From an uncultured Candidatus Saccharibacteria bacterium (lineage in GTDB: Bacteria > Patescibacteriota > Dojkabacteria > B142 > OLB20): a DNA stretch of 64,000 nt. Both the position numbers and the translations under genes were made by a program. Below are positions 61,457-64,000 of the stretch, one piece after another (position 1 is the stretch's first letter; the number at the start of each line of letters is the position of its first letter). Below the pieces are notes generated by a model. The model ran no database searches. It was not told where the DNA came from and saw nothing but the letters and a program-made list of their open reading frames with translations. The stretch spans positions 725,910 through 789,909 of the forward strand of contig CAYWVD010000001.1 in assembly GCA_964461915.1 (NCBI GenBank), read 5' to 3'.

Positions 61457-62650
61457 TTAGTTTGTCTCTTTGATGGTCAGAGTAGTGGGGACTTTCAATA
61501 TTTTATTAAATTTACTGATGTATCTTGCCCCCTCGTATTTTATAAGTTCAGATGGGGTGTCGTTGAATGATTGATAATTTGGATTGTAATTAATATTTCT
61601 AAAGAAACTAGAGTTGCCTCCGACAACCAATCCACCATTTACTATTAACTGATCGTCAGAATATTCTTTATCGCTTACGAAATTTTTTGTAATAATAAAA
61701 GCATCTATTAAATCAATATCATCATCTTGATCACCATTTTCTGTTTGAAGGAATCCGGGGTAAACACTTGGATCAGTAGTAACATTACATGAACAGGTAT
61801 TGCTTAATAATCCGAGGCAGGCAGGAATAGAGTAATTAAAAGATAGGCCTAAGTCATAATTTGGGGCATTTGGAATTGGAGTACCACAGGCAGATGTGAT
61901 TGTTGTTTTTTCATTAAAGAATGATGTGGACGGGGCTCCACAAGCATAACCATCGCTAGAAACCGAGATGTTTTTAAATTGTTCTGGTTGACCCGGGTAA
62001 TTTCCCAAAAAATTAATATTTGAATCAAAATGTGCCGGTAGTGGTGCTGCCCAACAAGACCCTTCAAGTGTTGGTGGACAAGTAGGGGTTATTGGTACAT
62101 TATTAAGCTTTTGAATTGTCTTTGTACATGTTGGGCTACAATTAGTAGGTGAAGTGCAAGTTTGATATGAGTGAATCCAATCAAAAGAAACTGTTTCGGT
62201 AAGATCACAAGATGCCCCAGTGGTATGAACATTAGAAAAATCACAACCGGGGAAAGCATCCACAGAACCCCCAACTTTTTTAACACTGTTACTAATTGGC
62301 TTATTTGCCGCTGGGTAATTTGTAATAGAAAAGTTCTCCTTATTACAAGCCGGTGTAGCATTTAAAGTAAAATTAGGATTACAAGTTGGAGTGACAATAG
62401 AAGTCGGTGTTGGGGTGGGAGTTTTAGTAAAAGTAGGGGTAACTATAGGAGTATTTGTGGGTGTATTAGTAATGCCACAACTAGAACTGGAGTATCTAAA
62501 TGTGGGGTTTTTGCAAACACTACAATCTTCTAACCTTCCACAACTTGATCCAGAACCTAAATTGCAACCACAACCATCCCAGGTGACTGTTTCGTGAATT
62601 GAAAAGGTATAGTAACAGGAGTATCCAACGGAATAACTATATGTGCACAT
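61457..62650 (-). CDS. Cys-rich, Thr/Pro-linker-containing secreted protein body. It lacks its own signal peptide and is in frame with 62678-62860 across a single TAA.
   Basis: Many Cys; TPTNTPIVTPTFTKTPTPTPTSIVTPT linker; C-terminal domain paralogous to the partial gene at 63697-64000. Confidence 0.55.
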   Translation of the reverse strand: MCTYSYSVGYSCYYTFSIHETVTWDGCGCNLGSGSSCGRLEDCSVCKNPTFRYSSSSCGITNTPTNTPIVTPTFTKTPTPTPTSIVTPTCNPNFTLNATPACNKENFSITNYPAANKPISNSVKKVGGSVDAFPGCDFSNVHTTGASCDLTETVSFDWIHSYQTCTSPTNCSPTCTKTIQKLNNVPITPTCPPTLEGSCWAAPLPAHFDSNINFLGNYPGQPEQFKNISVSSDGYACGAPSTSFFNEKTTITSACGTPIPNAPNYDLGLSFNYSIPACLGLLSNTCSCNVTTDPSVYPGFLQTENGDQDDDIDLIDAFIITKNFVSDKEYSDDQLIVNGGLVVGGNSSFFRNINYNPNYQSFNDTPSELIKYEGARYISKFNKILKVPTTLTIKETN

Positions 62651-62677
62651 GCCTGTGTAAGCCTTGCCCGGATTGTT

Positions 62678-62860
62678 TTAAGCATAATCCCTTACCTGGT
62701 TTATTTCATCAGCTGTAAAACTACAACCACTAGTTCCTGCTAAACCACCACAGGTTGCGCCTGGAATATAGTTACAATTACAGGTACATGCGGAAATTGA
62801 GGCCGAAAATGATAGGAATAAAAACATAAAAAACATTGAGAATAAAAACGATTTATTCAT
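62678..62860 (-). CDS. Signal-peptide-bearing N-terminal segment, in frame with 61457-62650 (interrupted gene).
   Basis: MNKSFLFSMFFMFLFLSFSASISA signal; the TAA at 62680-62678 is followed by an open frame (NNPGKAYTGM...) continuing into 61457-62650. Confidence 0.45.
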   Translation of the reverse strand: MNKSFLFSMFFMFLFLSFSASISACTCNCNYIPGATCGGLAGTSGCSFTADEINQVRDYA

Positions 62861-63695
62861 TTACTAAAAATTCACCTTTAAAGAATAAATAATCCTCTCC
62901 CCACATAGGCAAAACTTTACCATTTTTATAGATAATTCCGTATTCATATTTCCCAGTGCTATTGGGTGTTATGTAAAAATCTTCATTAAAGAGTTCTTTA
63001 GACGCAAAATGAGAGGGGGAATTTAAAATTGTTCGTATTTTCCCCGAAAGATTTGTAAATTTGATTGTTTCGCCTTTCTTGATAATTAAGCTCTTATTCG
63101 AAAAGCCATTTATTGGATCAAAATTGATTTCATAATCTGCAACTTGCGAAGGGGTTGCAACTTTTAATGCGTCTTTTGGTAGTAGAGATTGAAATTTCCA
63201 TCCATTCTCATCAACAAAAGTGGCATTACAAAGCTCTGTATAGGTTTCTTTGTTAACGAAGTTAATCACAATAGAATTATTATCCAATGCCAAGGTCGTT
63301 TTATTTACACTTATTAAGTCTGGTTGGGGAAGGTACAACAATAAATCTGGAGCAATAATAGTAAAAAAGTCTTCGATTGACTCCACAGACAATTCGTTTT
63401 TCAATAAGGCAAAGTTCTCATTCAAAGAGTTGTTAAGTGTTTCTGAGCTATTCTCTTTGAAAAGCTGGAGATCCCTTTCTTCAATTGATTTAATTATATC
63501 TAAAAAAATAATTCTGAATTCTTCCTTGTTAATAGTGGGCTTCGTTGGAGTTGGTGTAGTTTGGGTCTCTTCCCCGGTATTAGGCAAGTTAAGAAAATTC
63601 CCTTTCCCTCTGCCAAGTAAAATCCCAACAACAAAAAGAACAGCGATTAAGAGTATTATTGAGAAATAACCTAAAATCTTCTTTGTGTCCTTCAT
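62853..63695 (-). CDS. Membrane-anchored hypothetical protein with LPNTG just after the N-terminal TM.
   Basis: MKDTKKILGYFSIILLIAVLFVVGILLGRGKGNFLNLPNTGEETQTTPTPT. Confidence 0.5.
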   Translation of the reverse strand: MKDTKKILGYFSIILLIAVLFVVGILLGRGKGNFLNLPNTGEETQTTPTPTKPTINKEEFRIIFLDIIKSIEERDLQLFKENSSETLNNSLNENFALLKNELSVESIEDFFTIIAPDLLLYLPQPDLISVNKTTLALDNNSIVINFVNKETYTELCNATFVDENGWKFQSLLPKDALKVATPSQVADYEINFDPINGFSNKSLIIKKGETIKFTNLSGKIRTILNSPSHFASKELFNEDFYITPNSTGKYEYGIIYKNGKVLPMWGEDYLFFKGEFLVNE

Positions 63696-63696
63696 T

Positions 63697-64000
63697 TCAA
63701 TTTACTTCTTTAATCGTTAGTTGTTGGGGCAGGCTTAAAAAATCTTTATAGTGCTTGATATATCGAGCCCCTTCGTAATGAAGTATTGTTGATGGTTTAT
63801 CGAGAACTCCTGTAGCCCTGTCAAATGTGTTTGTGCCATTAATAATTAGTCCACCTTTTATCGCGAGAAGATCATCTCCATCGTCACTATCTTGATAATC
63901 TTTAGTAATAATAAAAGCTTCGATTAAATCGGTGTTACTATAAGGAAGTGTTGAGAAACTATTCCTATCGGAACCATTGTTAATAGTGGTTCTACCCTTA
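63697..64000 (-). CDS. 5' partial gene (N-terminus off the window); C-terminal domain paralogous to that of 61457-62650.
   Basis: Manual translation ...IEAFIITKDYQDSDDGDDLLAIKGGLIINGTNTFDRATGVLDKPSTILHYEGARYIKHYKDFLSLPQQLRIKEVN*; the DNA-level similarity to 61560-61760 is visible by eye. Confidence 0.5.
   Translation of the reverse strand, partial: KGRTTINNGSDRNSFSTLPYSNTDLIEAFIITKDYQDSDDGDDLLAIKGGLIINGTNTFDRATGVLDKPSTILHYEGARYIKHYKDFLSLPQQLTIKEVN

Overview
This is a low-GC (~33-35% by eye), gene-dense bacterial window with mostly short intergenic spacers. The gene content looks like a streamlined Gram-positive-like organism, possibly Patescibacteria/CPR-like. The clues are the archaeal-type cofactor-independent PGM and a bifunctional PGI/PMI, LPxTG sorting signals, FemAB-family enzymes and the reduced housekeeping set; I cannot verify the taxonomy. 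Core housekeeping genes present: metG, valS, argS, dnaA, dnaN, dnaG, ftsK, uvrD/pcrA, yidD, a two-component pair and an RRM protein. The chromosomal origin is probably in the dnaA-dnaN spacer at 35.4-35.7 kb, which holds four DnaA-box-like 9-mers and an AT-rich DNA-unwinding element. Standard stop codons (TAA, TAG, TGA) terminate the clear housekeeping genes. One tRNA-Ser(GCT) lies at 16477-16566 (minus). Next to its 3' end is a decayed mobile region with a compact IS1595-family insertion sequence bearing perfect 17-bp inverted repeats, a truncated large-serine-recombinase fragment, a chimeric pseudogene and a NUDIX gene. The most unusual region is 36.9-50.2 kb, a plus-strand cluster of about ten genes. 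It encodes a polytopic GT-C-type membrane glycosyltransferase, two FemAB-family transferases, a DegT-type aminotransferase and six paralogous cell-surface proteins. The six share a novel ~100-aa N-terminal domain with a C-x(9-10)-C-[VL]-D-[VL] ... W(G/D) ... YYNG signature. Several carry LPxTG-type sorting signals and Thr/Pro-rich linkers. Four end in a conserved cysteine-framed module with two dockerin-like EF-hand calcium-binding segments. One of these also has an M23 peptidoglycan endopeptidase domain and a PEEPEE tandem-repeat linker. I read this as a previously undescribed glycosylated, sortase-anchored surface-protein and cell-wall cross-bridge remodelling system with dockerin-like docking modules; no cohesin or sortase gene is visible in the window. 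Two secreted-protein genes (a VanW-family gene at 388-1992 and a Cys-rich gene at 61457-62860) are each interrupted by a single in-frame stop codon. Three membrane proteins place an LPxTG motif at a fixed distance after an N-terminal TM helix.
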